A DNA stretch of 64,000 bases, taken from assembly GCA_965279515.1 (NCBI GenBank), contig CBDIID010000003.1:4448001-4512000 (forward strand), read 5' to 3'. A program made the position numbers and the translations under genes. The DNA is from Turneriella sp. (GTDB lineage Bacteria > Spirochaetota > Leptospiria > Turneriellales > Turneriellaceae). Shown piece after piece: positions 17,580 to 27,317 of the stretch (within the stretch, counting starts at the first letter, position 1; every line of letters starts with the position of its first letter). The notes under the pieces were generated by a model, which was given only the letters and a program-made list of their open reading frames with translations, was not told where the DNA came from and did not search any database.

Positions 17580-18596
17580 ATGAGTACCGGGGCGAAAACA
17601 GAATATAGCGGCAAACAAAAGGCCGCTATCTTTCTCCTCACCGTCGGGCCCGATGTGGCCTCCGACATCATGAAGCGGCTCTCGGAAGCCGAGGTCGACA
17701 CGTTAACCTACGAGATCGCGCGTCTCGATAAGATTCGTCCGGAAGACAAAGAGAAGGTACTCCAGGAATTCCAAGAGCTGATGATGGCTCAGGAATTCAT
17801 CTCGCGCGGTGGTATCGACCAGGCGCGGGCGATTCTCGAGAAAGCCCTGGGTACACAGAAGGCGATCGACATTGTCAATCGACTGACCTCTTCACTGCAG
17901 GTTCGTCCCTTTGACTTTGTACGCCGGCAAGACCCTGCACAGCTGCTCAACTTTATCCAGAACGAGCACCCGCAGACGATTGCCCTCATTCTCTCATACC
18001 TCGATGCGCCTAAATCGGCGCTCATCATGAGTTCGTTGCCGCACCAGATACAGGCCGACGTTACCCGCCGTATTGCGAAAATGGACCGTACCTCGCCGGA
18101 AGTCCTGCGTGAGGTCGAGCGCGTTCTCGAACGTAAGCTCTCTACACTCTCGAACGAAGACTATACCATGGCCGGCGGTGTCGACGTGGTGGTCGAGGTC
18201 CTGAACAACGTCGACCGTTCGACGGAAAAGTCGATCATCGAAGCTCTCGAAGAAGAAGATCCGGAACTCGCAGAAGAGATCAAGAAGAAGATGTTCGTGT
18301 TCGAGGATATCGTACTTCTCGACGACAAGGCAATCCAGAAGGTTCTGCGCGAACTCGACAACCAGGATCTCGCGAAGGCCCTCAAGGCCGTCGATACCGA
18401 GGTCCAGGAAAAGATCTTCCGCAACATGTCAAAACGTGCGGCTGCGCTGCTCCGCGAAGATATGGAGTTCATGGGCCCGATTCGCCTCAAAGACGTGGAA
18501 GAGGCGCAGCAGAAGATTGTGAATATCATACGTAAACTCGAGGAAGACGGGGAGATCGTCGTGGCCCGTGCAGGTGAAGATGAACTCGTTCAATAA
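17580..18596 (+). CDS. fliG: Flagellar motor switch protein FliG
   Basis: QKAAIFLL, EHPQTIAL, GG hinge, MFVFED, NMSKRAA. Confidence 0.98.
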   Translation: MSTGAKTEYSGKQKAAIFLLTVGPDVASDIMKRLSEAEVDTLTYEIARLDKIRPEDKEKVLQEFQELMMAQEFISRGGIDQARAILEKALGTQKAIDIVNRLTSSLQVRPFDFVRRQDPAQLLNFIQNEHPQTIALILSYLDAPKSALIMSSLPHQIQADVTRRIAKMDRTSPEVLREVERVLERKLSTLSNEDYTMAGGVDVVVEVLNNVDRSTEKSIIEALEEEDPELAEEIKKKMFVFEDIVLLDDKAIQKVLRELDNQDLAKALKAVDTEVQEKIFRNMSKRAAALLREDMEFMGPIRLKDVEEAQQKIVNIIRKLEEDGEIVVARAGEDELVQ

Positions 18597-18620
18597 TGGG
18601 TTGGGGGATGTCGATAATCG

Positions 18621-18659
18621 TACATGTGATTTGTGCCCGAAGGGTACAAATCACATGTA
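18621..18659. repeat. 18-bp stem hairpin between fliG and fliH
   Basis: TACATGTGATTTGTGCCC-GAA-GGGTACAAATCACATGTA with one G-U pair and no U-tract. Confidence 0.7.
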
Positions 18660-18672
18660 TATAAACTGAATT

Positions 18673-19596
18673 ATGTCACGTCTGGTATTCAATAACAACG
18701 AGATTTCGAAGCAGAGCTCTGCTATCGTACTCGATTTACCCGACCGCTACAAAAAATTCCAGCAGCTCGACGAACTCGCCGAGTTCGAGCTCGATGCCGA
18801 AGGCAATATTGTCGAGCAATACACCGGCCCCTCGATTGAAGAGATCGAAGCCGAGCTGCAGCGCTACCGCGAAGAGACCGAGCAGGAAATCAAGATCCGC
18901 CAGAAAGATGCGGAAAAGGAATCACAACGGATTACCGAAGACGGCAAGGCTGAAGCCTTCCGCCTGATCCAGGATGCGAAAGAAAAGGCGCGCAAAGAAG
19001 AAGAGTCGGCGCGCCTGCAGTCGAGCCAGATCATCGAGCGCGCGAAACTCGAAGTCGAGCGCATGGTCAAAGAGGCCGAGCTACGCGTTCAGGATATCAA
19101 CCACGAGGCATACCAAAAGGGTTACAATGCCGGCCGTGAGCAGGGTTATAAAGAAGGTATGGGCGAGGTTCGTCGCCTCATCGACCGTTTGGGCACAATT
19201 CTGGGCAATGCGATCGACGTGCGTGAACAGATCATTAAAGAATCTGAAAAACTCATGGTTGAGATGATCCTGATGATCGCGCGTAAGGTCATTAAAGATG
19301 AAATCATAGAACGTAAAGAAGTTGTCCTCAACAATATCCGTGAAGGTTTGGCTCGCATCAAAGAGCGCGACCGTATCGATATCCGTGTTAACTTCGCCGA
19401 CCTGGAACTCACGACAGCGCACAAAGATGAAATCGTAAAAATGATGGAATCACTGCGCAAGGTCAACATCTACGAAGATTCACGCGTCGACCGCGGCGGT
19501 GTAATCATCGAAACAGACGTCGGTGCAATCGACGCGCGTATTTCAACGCAGCTGAAAGAGATCGAACAGGCTATTCGCGACGCGAAGCCGATGTAA
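18673..19596 (+). CDS. fliH: Flagellar assembly protein FliH
   Basis: GxxxG repeats (AYQKGYNAGREQGYKEG); C-terminal EDSRVDRGGVIIETDVGAIDAR. Confidence 0.95.
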   Translation: MSRLVFNNNEISKQSSAIVLDLPDRYKKFQQLDELAEFELDAEGNIVEQYTGPSIEEIEAELQRYREETEQEIKIRQKDAEKESQRITEDGKAEAFRLIQDAKEKARKEEESARLQSSQIIERAKLEVERMVKEAELRVQDINHEAYQKGYNAGREQGYKEGMGEVRRLIDRLGTILGNAIDVREQIIKESEKLMVEMILMIARKVIKDEIIERKEVVLNNIREGLARIKERDRIDIRVNFADLELTTAHKDEIVKMMESLRKVNIYEDSRVDRGGVIIETDVGAIDARISTQLKEIEQAIRDAKPM

Positions 19597-19609
19597 GGTA
19601 ACAACCGAT

Positions 19610-21022
19610 ATGATCGCCAGAAACGTCAGCAAAGAAGTCAACCTCCTCGGCAAATATAGAGACATAATCCGGAAAACGGACACAATCCGCTCGCTCGGGT
19701 CGGTGCTCGAGATCCAGGGCAATGTCGTTTTGTCGAAAGGCCCCGAGGTGCGTCTCGGCGAGCTCTGCCATATTGAAGTCAATTCGACGATCGAACGTTT
19801 TACGCGCGAAGGCAAATCCAAAGAAGAAAGTTATATTCTCGCCGAAGTCGTCGGCTTCCGCGAAAGTACGGTGATACTCGCGCCGCTCGAAAAAATTGTC
19901 GGTGTTTCACCCGGCAGCCGCGTGGTTTCGACAGGCAACATGCCGTCGGTATCGCTGACGCATGAAGTACTGGGTCGTGTCATCGACGGCATGGGGCGAC
20001 CGATCGACAGCAAAGGTATGCTCGTTGAAGGCGAGAGCCGCGGCCTCTATGGCGATCCACCGGATCCATTGTCGCGCCCGCTTATCCGCACACCGCTGAC
20101 AACGGGCGTGAAGGCGATCGATGCGCTGCTGACCCTGGGGCAGGGACAGCGGATCGGAATTTTCGCGGGTTCTGGTGTCGGTAAGTCGACGCTCCTCGGC
20201 ATGATTGCCAAATATTCCACGGCCGATGTCAACGTCATCGCGCTCATCGGCGAGCGGGGCCGCGAGGTGAATGAATTTATCCAGGAGCAGTTGGGCGAGA
20301 GTGGACGCAAAAAATCCGTTATCATCGCTTCGATCGCGTCTGAGTCGCCGATGAACCGCGTGCGCGCGGGTTATCTCGCAACAACAATCGCTGAATATTT
20401 TCGCGATCAAGGCAAGAATGTTTTACTGATGATGGACTCGGTAACGCGCTTGGCACATGCACAGCGGGAAATTGGCCTCAGCCGTGGCGAACCTGCTACC
20501 ACACGGGGATATCCCCCTTCGGTGTTTTCATTAATACCAGGGATTATGGAACGTGCCGGCACGAGCCCTAAAGGTTCGATCACGGGAGTTTATACGATTC
20601 TTGTCGAGGGCGATGATATGAACGAGCCGATCGCCGACACCGCGCGCGGCGTACTCGACGGCCATATTACACTTTCGCGCCGGCTCAACAGCCAGAACCA
20701 ATACCCGGCCATCGACATCGCCGAATCGATCAGCCGTACCATGCCGAATGTCATTGATAAAGAACATCTGCGCCAGGCGCAGGAATTCCGCGAGATCTAT
20801 ACGGCTTATAAAGAGAACGAAGAAACCATCAACCTTGGCGCCTATGCCCGCGGCGCAGACCCTGTCATCGATAATGCTATTTTGCTGCGCGAGCCGATGA
20901 AAAAATTTCTGCGCCAGACCCCAGACGAACAGGTTTCGTTCGAAGATACGCGGCGGCTGCTGCGTGAGGCCATGTCGGGCCTTCGCGCGCGGCCGACGGC
21001 GCAGGTCAGAAGGGGCGCGTAA
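19610..21022 (+). CDS. fliI: Flagellum-specific export ATPase FliI
   Basis: GQRIGIFAGSGVGKSTLL, IGERGREV, LLMMDSVTR, GEPATTRGYPPS; operon context. Confidence 0.97.
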   Translation: MIARNVSKEVNLLGKYRDIIRKTDTIRSLGSVLEIQGNVVLSKGPEVRLGELCHIEVNSTIERFTREGKSKEESYILAEVVGFRESTVILAPLEKIVGVSPGSRVVSTGNMPSVSLTHEVLGRVIDGMGRPIDSKGMLVEGESRGLYGDPPDPLSRPLIRTPLTTGVKAIDALLTLGQGQRIGIFAGSGVGKSTLLGMIAKYSTADVNVIALIGERGREVNEFIQEQLGESGRKKSVIIASIASESPMNRVRAGYLATTIAEYFRDQGKNVLLMMDSVTRLAHAQREIGLSRGEPATTRGYPPSVFSLIPGIMERAGTSPKGSITGVYTILVEGDDMNEPIADTARGVLDGHITLSRRLNSQNQYPAIDIAESISRTMPNVIDKEHLRQAQEFREIYTAYKENEETINLGAYARGADPVIDNAILLREPMKKFLRQTPDEQVSFEDTRRLLREAMSGLRARPTAQVRRGA

Positions 21023-21025
21023 GCC

Positions 21026-21469
21026 ATGAAGAAGTTTAAATTTGCCCTCGCAGGTTATCTCAAAGTGAAAAAGGCCAAAGAACAGGCAAAGCTCGGCGAA
21101 TTGGCACAGGTTATGCGTAAGGTGAACGTCTTCCGTGAGCAGCAACAGGCTTTTGACAGCCAGTACAGTACGATGTTGCAGGCTCAGCGCCAGGATTTTC
21201 TCGGCAAGGAGATCCCCATCACACAGCTCAGGGATATGTATGACTACCTGGGCGCGCTGAGGCAGCGCAAAGACACCGCAACGCGTAACATTGCCGCAAT
21301 GGAAGGCGAGGTTTCTGAAAAACGCACCGCCTACAACGCGGCGCGCAAAGACCGCCGCGTCATCGAAATTATCCGTGAAAGAAAGTGGACCGAACACAGG
21401 GCCGAAGTTGAAAAAGAAGAAGTGAAATTTTTAGACGAGTTTAACCAAGCAAGAAAGAGGGTGTCATGA
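21026..21469 (+). CDS. fliJ: Flagellar export protein FliJ
   Basis: MKKFKFAL N-terminus, coiled coil, EEVKFLDE end; follows fliI. Confidence 0.9.
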   Translation: MKKFKFALAGYLKVKKAKEQAKLGELAQVMRKVNVFREQQQAFDSQYSTMLQAQRQDFLGKEIPITQLRDMYDYLGALRQRKDTATRNIAAMEGEVSEKRTAYNAARKDRRVIEIIRERKWTEHRAEVEKEEVKFLDEFNQARKRVS

Positions 21470-21660
21470 ATTATCCGATCGTAGCCAAAAAGGTATTTTC
21501 GCGTCTGAAGTTTTCTGCGCACGATGTCTGGCAGAACCTGAAAGAGCTGAAACGCAACATCAGCTGCCTGGTGCGCAATATTGACGATGTCGGTGAGTGT
21601 GTCATGCGCAACCGGCAGATTTTACAGGGCTTACATGGCAAAAAAGGAGGCGACTTATGA
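21466..21660 (+). CDS. Small basic hypothetical protein within the flagellar operon
   Basis: ATGA overlaps with both the fliJ stop and the flbB start; 64 aa. Confidence 0.6.
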   Translation: MNYPIVAKKVFSRLKFSAHDVWQNLKELKRNISCLVRNIDDVGECVMRNRQILQGLHGKKGGDL

Positions 21661-22292
21661 ACCAGAAACGTTTTATCTTATTTTTACTTTTATTAGTAGT
21701 CATCTTTTCGGGAGGTATCTTCTACGCCCTCGATGCAACGGGTATCGTGCGCGCTTCGGATATTCTGCCATTTTTGGCGCCGAAGAACCCGTTGCGCGTT
21801 GAGGACAAGGACTACCCGACGGAAGTTGAGAAAGTCGAGTTCCAGAAATGGGAACAGAAACTCATCGAGCGCGAAGAGGCATTGGCCCGCCGCGAGGGTG
21901 AGATAAAGAATAAAGAGACCGGCAGTGACGACCAGAAGCGCGAGCTCGAAGAGATGCGTAAGGCGCTGAAAGCCGAAAAGGAAAAATTTGTCGCCGCGCA
22001 GAAAGAGTGGGAAGACCGCCAGAAAAAGGTGAAAGACCTCTCTGAAAAAGTACGCAACATGCCGCCGCAAAAAGCGCAGGAGATGATGCAGAGCTGGCGC
22101 GATTTTGATATCATCGACGTCATGCGCCAGATGGACAAAGATGCCGAAGTCGAGGGCAATGCCTCGATCGTGCCGTATCTGTTAACGCTGTTTCAGCCTG
22201 ATCGCCGGGCAGAGATCACGCGCAAGATGATGCTGCCGGCCTTAACGCGGCCTGACGCTGCGGAAGAGGAAGAGGAAACCGCAGCGCAGTAA
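21657..22292 (+). CDS. flbB: Spirochaetal flagellar collar protein FlbB (MotE-like)
   Basis: RBS AGGAGG; N-terminal TM, coiled coil, NMPPQKA, SIVPYLLTL..AEITRKM; position after fliJ. Confidence 0.8.
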   Translation: MNQKRFILFLLLLVVIFSGGIFYALDATGIVRASDILPFLAPKNPLRVEDKDYPTEVEKVEFQKWEQKLIEREEALARREGEIKNKETGSDDQKRELEEMRKALKAEKEKFVAAQKEWEDRQKKVKDLSEKVRNMPPQKAQEMMQSWRDFDIIDVMRQMDKDAEVEGNASIVPYLLTLFQPDRRAEITRKMMLPALTRPDAAEEEEETAAQ

Positions 22293-22293
22293 G

Positions 22294-22653
22294 TTACCAG
22301 CCCGAGCCGCCGCCGGATGAAGTCGCCGTTATCGTGGGCGCACTGCCGGCGAGGATTGTTATCGTATTTGTTTGGTTTGCCGTCAAAATAACCGCGCCGG
22401 TATTACAACCGTTGCTGCACGTTACGTTCGAAGAACCAGAAAAAGAAATTTCCTGAGAGGCGCTCGTTGTGTTTCCCGTTAGCGTCGAAAACGTCACCGT
22501 TTTTGAGGTGTCAGCGGCATTGGTTACGGTGACCGTCGTGACAGTCGAAGCGTTTGTATTATTGATGGCCAGCCGTGTCGGGCTGGTCGAGGAATCGGTT
22601 TTGTTTGCACAAACCAGCATGAGTAGGGTTAGCGCGAGGCTGAGGTATTTCAT
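22294..22653 (-). CDS. Small T/S/N-rich lipoprotein ending GGGSGW
   Basis: MKYLSLALTLLMLVC lipobox; paralogous to 38425..38811. Confidence 0.7.
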   Translation of the reverse strand: MKYLSLALTLLMLVCANKTDSSTSPTRLAINNTNASTVTTVTVTNAADTSKTVTFSTLTGNTTSASQEISFSGSSNVTCSNGCNTGAVILTANQTNTITILAGSAPTITATSSGGGSGW

Positions 22654-22775
22654 AGGTATTCGATAACCGTTGAGCGAATCGCTTCCGTCAAGCGAATTCA
22701 GTTTACGCGGCGATATTTCACTGACGCAGTGTTCACGCAGTCTTGACGCCATTGTCGGCCCCCCCAAACGAGCCC

Positions 22776-24143
22776 ATGCTTGATAACGCGACGGTAGAAG
22801 GCCTCATTGCCCGTTACAATTCTCCCGTTCCGCGCTACACATCGTATCCCACTGCGCTTGAGTTCGTTCCGCTTGCCGACGCGGCGCTGCTCGACAGCTA
22901 CCGCAAATGCGAGCCGGGGCGCCCGGTCAGTGTCTATGTGCACCTGCCGTTCTGTGAAAATCTCTGCCTCTATTGCGGGTGTAATGTGCTGCTGTCACGG
23001 AAGAAAGAAGTGCTCGATGAGTATATCCCCCTGTTGCTCAAAGAGTTTGAAGTCAAGACCGACATCATGGAATTTCGGCCGAAGGTCAGCCAGCTGCACT
23101 TTGGCGGAGGCACGCCGAATTTTCTGCGGCTCTCTGACTGGAATGCGATCTTCACAAAATTGCGCGAGCGCTTCGAATTTACCGCCGACGCGGAAATTTC
23201 TGTAGAGCTCGATCCGATGTATATCGACGATGGTTACCTGGCGCACCTGCGCTCCCTCGGCATGAACCGAGTGAGTTATGGTGTGCAAGATGTGACGCCG
23301 CAGGTGCTCGAGGCCGTCAACCGTCCCCAGGATATCCAGCGCATACGCGATGTCGTTGCCGAAAGCCGCGCCGTGGGATTTTCATCAGTGAACATCGATC
23401 TCATTTACGGTCTGCCGCACCAGACGCTCGAAAGTTACCGGGCGAACCTGGAATTTGTCGGCGACATTCGCCCGGATCGTATTGCGCTTTTCAGCTATGC
23501 GCACGTTCCGTGGCTCAAGCACCACCAGCGGCGTATGGACGAAAAAACACTGACGCAGGCCGCAGAAAAACTCAGGATCTACCTTGCTGCGCGCGAACAT
23601 TTTGCTTCGCTGGGTTATGAGCAGATCGGCATGGACCATTTTGGCCTGAAAGGCGATACCCTCACGCGCGCCTTTCACGAAAAAACGCTGCACCGCAACT
23701 TCATGGGTTATACCACGCAAAAGACGCTCGACATGCTGGCATTCGGCACGAGTGCAATCGGTTTTGTTTCCGGTGTTTTCATGCAGAACCATCTGAAACT
23801 CTCGGGCTACCGCAATGCAGTGACGACGGGCAAGGCCTGGTTTGAAAAGGGGTTCATCATGTCTGATGAGGATCGCCTGCGGTACGAAGTCATCACCTCG
23901 CTTATGGCCAATTTTGCCGTGAACTTTGCCGCAATCGAAAATGAATTTGGTATTGTTTTCGCCGAGCACTTTGCAGCGGAGCTAAAGCGCCTTCAGGATT
24001 TTGCAGCCGATGGCCACGGTGTTTTAACGCCGACGGGATTCGAAGCCACGGCCACGGGTGGTTTCATCATACGCCACATCGCCTCTGTTTTCGACGCTTA
24101 CCGCAAGGCGAGCGAGCAGAAGGCATTTTCGAAGGCGATTTAA
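22776..24143 (+). CDS. hemN: Oxygen-independent coproporphyrinogen III oxidase
   Basis: PRYTSYPTA, HLPFCENLCLYCGC radical SAM motif, HFGGGTP, LHRNFMGYTT, FSKAI. Confidence 0.96.
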   Translation: MLDNATVEGLIARYNSPVPRYTSYPTALEFVPLADAALLDSYRKCEPGRPVSVYVHLPFCENLCLYCGCNVLLSRKKEVLDEYIPLLLKEFEVKTDIMEFRPKVSQLHFGGGTPNFLRLSDWNAIFTKLRERFEFTADAEISVELDPMYIDDGYLAHLRSLGMNRVSYGVQDVTPQVLEAVNRPQDIQRIRDVVAESRAVGFSSVNIDLIYGLPHQTLESYRANLEFVGDIRPDRIALFSYAHVPWLKHHQRRMDEKTLTQAAEKLRIYLAAREHFASLGYEQIGMDHFGLKGDTLTRAFHEKTLHRNFMGYTTQKTLDMLAFGTSAIGFVSGVFMQNHLKLSGYRNAVTTGKAWFEKGFIMSDEDRLRYEVITSLMANFAVNFAAIENEFGIVFAEHFAAELKRLQDFAADGHGVLTPTGFEATATGGFIIRHIASVFDAYRKASEQKAFSKAI

Positions 24144-24155
24144 GCCGGTTGCGCA

Positions 24156-26513
24156 TCAGGCGCTGAGTAATTTTTCGAGTTCGGAAAAATTCACCGGCTT
24201 TGGGACAATGGCATCAAACCCCGCTTCCTTAATTCTGACAATATCGTCGGGCATGACGTTCGCGGTGACAGCGATCAGTATTTTGCGCTGTGTCTTTTCC
24301 TTTTTTTCCGCGGTACGTACATTGCGCGCGATATCTGTGCCGCTGAGGCCAGGCATCTTGATATCGAGTAAGAGCAGATCGTAGGTTTCCCGGGCAAGCT
24401 CAACCATGGCCATATCGCCATCGGCAACGGCATTAAACCCATAGCCCGCATTTTCAAGAAAAGTACAGAGAATAAGCCGTGAGATTTCATCGTCTTCCGC
24501 AACCAGAATCTTACGGTGCTTTTGCCCGTCGGCGATGGGGATGCCCGGCGGCACGGCCTCGGGTGCGGCGGTGCGCTCCACGCGAATCGTAAAACTGAAG
24601 GTGCTGCCTTTGTCAGGTTCGCTTAAAAGCGTCAGGTGTCCGCCCATAAACGCGACGAGGCGCCGCGCAATAGTTAGTCCCAACCCAGTACCCTGATTGG
24701 CCATTTTATCCTGTGAGCGCGCCTGGTAGAATTCTTCAAAGATTTTTCTCTGCTCATCTTCCGGAATGCCAATCCCTGAATCCGCAACCGAAAAAGTCAG
24801 CAGTTCATGCCGGGTACCGTCGGGCTGAGCCTTACAGCCAATCACAATATGACCTTTTTCGGTAAACTTCAGCGCATTGCCGATCAGGTTCATGATTACC
24901 TGCTTCAGGCGGAATTCATCGGTAAGGATAAATTCCGGGATATTGCCCTCAAGATTTTGTCTCAGGGCGATTCCTTTGCGGTTGACCGGTCCGGAAAATA
25001 ACTGTAGCATGGATTCTATCAACCGGGGTAAATTTACCGGGGTATGGTGCAGTTTAAAGCTGTCCGCGGAAATACGCCCAAGGTCGAGGATATCGTTGAT
25101 GAGGTTGAGCAGTACATCGCAGCCATGCCGCATGGCAGAAATCCGCTGCAGCGTTTCCGGTTCACGCAGCGTGCTTTCCATGAGCTGCAAATTACCGTAT
25201 ATAGCGTTCAAGGGTGTACGCAGTTCGTGGCTGATTGTGGAAAAGAATACGTTTCGGGCCCGGCTGTCGGCCTCAATGCGTCGCTTTTCGAGAGCTATTC
25301 TGCGTACGCTGAGCCCCAGCGCGATTCCCATAAAAATCAAAAAGGCTGCGAGGGCGTAGGTGGCAAAGTACCCTGTCTCAATGGTATTACGGTTGTGCAG
25401 GTAATCGTTGACGACCGCGGCGGCGAGAATCAGAAACCCGGGAAGAAATATCAGACCATCGCGGTCCTTTGCAATCAGGCGATCCATGAGCATGAAGAAA
25501 ACGAGGCTGGTGTTAACGAACATGAATATCACTGCCACCGGATAAATTTCGGTATAAACACGGGCAGGTGTCAGCGCGATGATCGCTAAAAAAAGCAAAC
25601 CGATTGCCTGGACGATTCTGAAGGGCACATAGAATATCAACCGCCGGCCTGAGAAAAAATGCGCATAGAATGTGCTCACCAGCAGCGGCGGGGCTGCGAC
25701 GAACGTGACATATTCGATCGCGTAATTGGCGTGGAAGGAAAAATCGGGAAACAAATGGACCAGCGTGCGCTGCCCGGTTAATATCGCCCGCATTGCGGTC
25801 ACAAGGCTAAGCAGGCTGAAATAGACCAATTCGGGCCTGCGCAATGTGCCGAGGTAGAGCGCGAAAAAAAGAAACGCCATCCCCATGTAGAGGCCGAATT
25901 CTGCCCACGCGGCGGCAAAATCGATGCGCCAATTTTTCGAAGCAGTGCGTCCCTGCAAAACCTGCGGTGATTTCCAAAGGCCGCCGTTGCGGTGGTGAAA
26001 ATTCGCCACCTGTATCACGACGCGCAGCTCCGCAGGAGTATCATGTAATTCCACTGTTTCGGGATAGAGCTGCGGGGTAGTCGATACAGAATCGCTTCCG
26101 GGGTTTCCCACCGCTGTCAGCAAGCGGCCATTTACAAATAACCGGTACGCGCTATGGATGTTGGGTAGGTAAAAGGAAATCGCTTCTTGCGAGGGATCCA
26201 ATAGTATGCGTAAGGAATACGTTCCATAACCGTCGGCGGAAAATGAAAGCGGGGAATTTTGTTTTCCATTCCAGCCTCCAGGCACAAGAATGCGCTGGCT
26301 TCGCTTTTCAGAGGAGGTATCTTTTCCCGGTGACAAAAAACTTTTGGGAAAAAACAACCACTCGCCGTTCAGAAAAAAACCCCGGGATGTCCATGCTTGT
26401 CCCCGGAGATCGAGGATACCATTCTGGGCCAGCGGCGGATTTTTTGCCGCGGAACACCCTACGAACAGGATTACAACCAGGGAAAAGAGGAGTGATCTGA
26501 TCAACCGTCCCAT
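24156..26513 (-). CDS. Hybrid sensor histidine kinase (extracellular beta-domain + 7TM-DISM + HisKA/HATPase + REC)
   Basis: LNGEWLF..GYGTY, seven TM segments, SHELRTPLNAI, NALKFT, DSGIGI, GTGLGL, AEDD..LLDIKMP..KP. Confidence 0.92.
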   Translation of the reverse strand: MGRLIRSLLFSLVVILFVGCSAAKNPPLAQNGILDLRGQAWTSRGFFLNGEWLFFPKSFLSPGKDTSSEKRSQRILVPGGWNGKQNSPLSFSADGYGTYSLRILLDPSQEAISFYLPNIHSAYRLFVNGRLLTAVGNPGSDSVSTTPQLYPETVELHDTPAELRVVIQVANFHHRNGGLWKSPQVLQGRTASKNWRIDFAAAWAEFGLYMGMAFLFFALYLGTLRRPELVYFSLLSLVTAMRAILTGQRTLVHLFPDFSFHANYAIEYVTFVAAPPLLVSTFYAHFFSGRRLIFYVPFRIVQAIGLLFLAIIALTPARVYTEIYPVAVIFMFVNTSLVFFMLMDRLIAKDRDGLIFLPGFLILAAAVVNDYLHNRNTIETGYFATYALAAFLIFMGIALGLSVRRIALEKRRIEADSRARNVFFSTISHELRTPLNAIYGNLQLMESTLREPETLQRISAMRHGCDVLLNLINDILDLGRISADSFKLHHTPVNLPRLIESMLQLFSGPVNRKGIALRQNLEGNIPEFILTDEFRLKQVIMNLIGNALKFTEKGHIVIGCKAQPDGTRHELLTFSVADSGIGIPEDEQRKIFEEFYQARSQDKMANQGTGLGLTIARRLVAFMGGHLTLLSEPDKGSTFSFTIRVERTAAPEAVPPGIPIADGQKHRKILVAEDDEISRLILCTFLENAGYGFNAVADGDMAMVELARETYDLLLLDIKMPGLSGTDIARNVRTAEKKEKTQRKILIAVTANVMPDDIVRIKEAGFDAIVPKPVNFSELEKLLSA

Positions 26514-26585
26514 AGCGCTCTAACCGGCTATCGGTGATTTGTGGCCATGCCGTAAATGCCGTTACCGCCCGGCGGACAAGGCGGC

Positions 26586-27215
26586 TTAAGCTGCGACGTG
26601 TGATTTACAGCCGGTGAGAACCTTTTCTGCCGCTTTATAATTGCGGTCGGCCATGTATGCCAAAGCCACACTGAGTGCCTGCTGCACAGTTTGAATCGGG
26701 TCTGTTGAGGGTTTGAGAACCGCATTCTTTGCGATGAAGGCGCGCGCATTCGCCAGGTTGCCGAATTTCTGCTCGACCAGCGCATCAAAGCTCATGAGCT
26801 GCGGCACGCCGTTGCGGTGGCGTATGAAGCCTAAAATCTTTTCTGCTTCGTCGAGTTGATTCAGGTGGATCAGCGCTTGCGCGGCGGTCAGTAGCGTAGC
26901 CGTCGGCAGCTTTTCACGCTCCTTAGGCGCCAGGCTGAAGAGGTATTCGCGTATCAGTGCATGTTTTTCAAGGCGCATCGCGCAGTCGATGGCGAGAGCA
27001 ATGGCCTCGGCATCGGGCTCAGCGTTTTTTGCGAAGGCCAGGTAGTGAGAATAACACTCGAGGGACTTCGCCGGTTTGCCGCGGCGGATATAGTAGGCGG
27101 AGGCATACTTAAAGGCGGCGGCATCCCGGGCCGACAAGGCTTCCCCGGTGAGATAGCCCTCGATTTGGGTAAATGCCCGTGCATGTTCGAGTTGCTTCAG
27201 TGCCATAACGTCCAT
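26586..27215 (-). CDS. Hypothetical all-helical (TPR-like) protein
   Basis: Ala-rich helical repeats, e.g. ALIHLNQLDEAEKIL and LAYMADRNYKAAEKVL. Confidence 0.6.
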   Translation of the reverse strand: MDVMALKQLEHARAFTQIEGYLTGEALSARDAAAFKYASAYYIRRGKPAKSLECYSHYLAFAKNAEPDAEAIALAIDCAMRLEKHALIREYLFSLAPKEREKLPTATLLTAAQALIHLNQLDEAEKILGFIRHRNGVPQLMSFDALVEQKFGNLANARAFIAKNAVLKPSTDPIQTVQQALSVALAYMADRNYKAAEKVLTGCKSHVAA

Positions 27216-27280
27216 GGTTCATTATCGGAAATTTCGCAAAAAGCCTGCGTTTTTTCGGGCCTTCCCACTGTTGATTCTGT

Positions 27281-27308
27281 TTGACCGATCGATGTGACAT
27301 AATATTCT
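27281..27308 (+). promoter_or_regulatory. Putative sigma70 promoter TTGACC-N16-TATTCT
   Basis: Near-consensus hexamers 9 nt upstream of ATG 27318. Confidence 0.55.
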
Positions 27309-27317
27309 GGGCGAAAG

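Noticed and set aside
19610..21022. FliI as an injectisome (T3SS) ATPase
   Set aside because: Context is purely flagellar (flgBC, fliEFGH, fliJ).
16013..21397. Long antisense ORFs over fliF and fliI/fliJ (327 aa, 288 aa and others)
   Set aside because: Expected from codon bias opposite well-supported genes.
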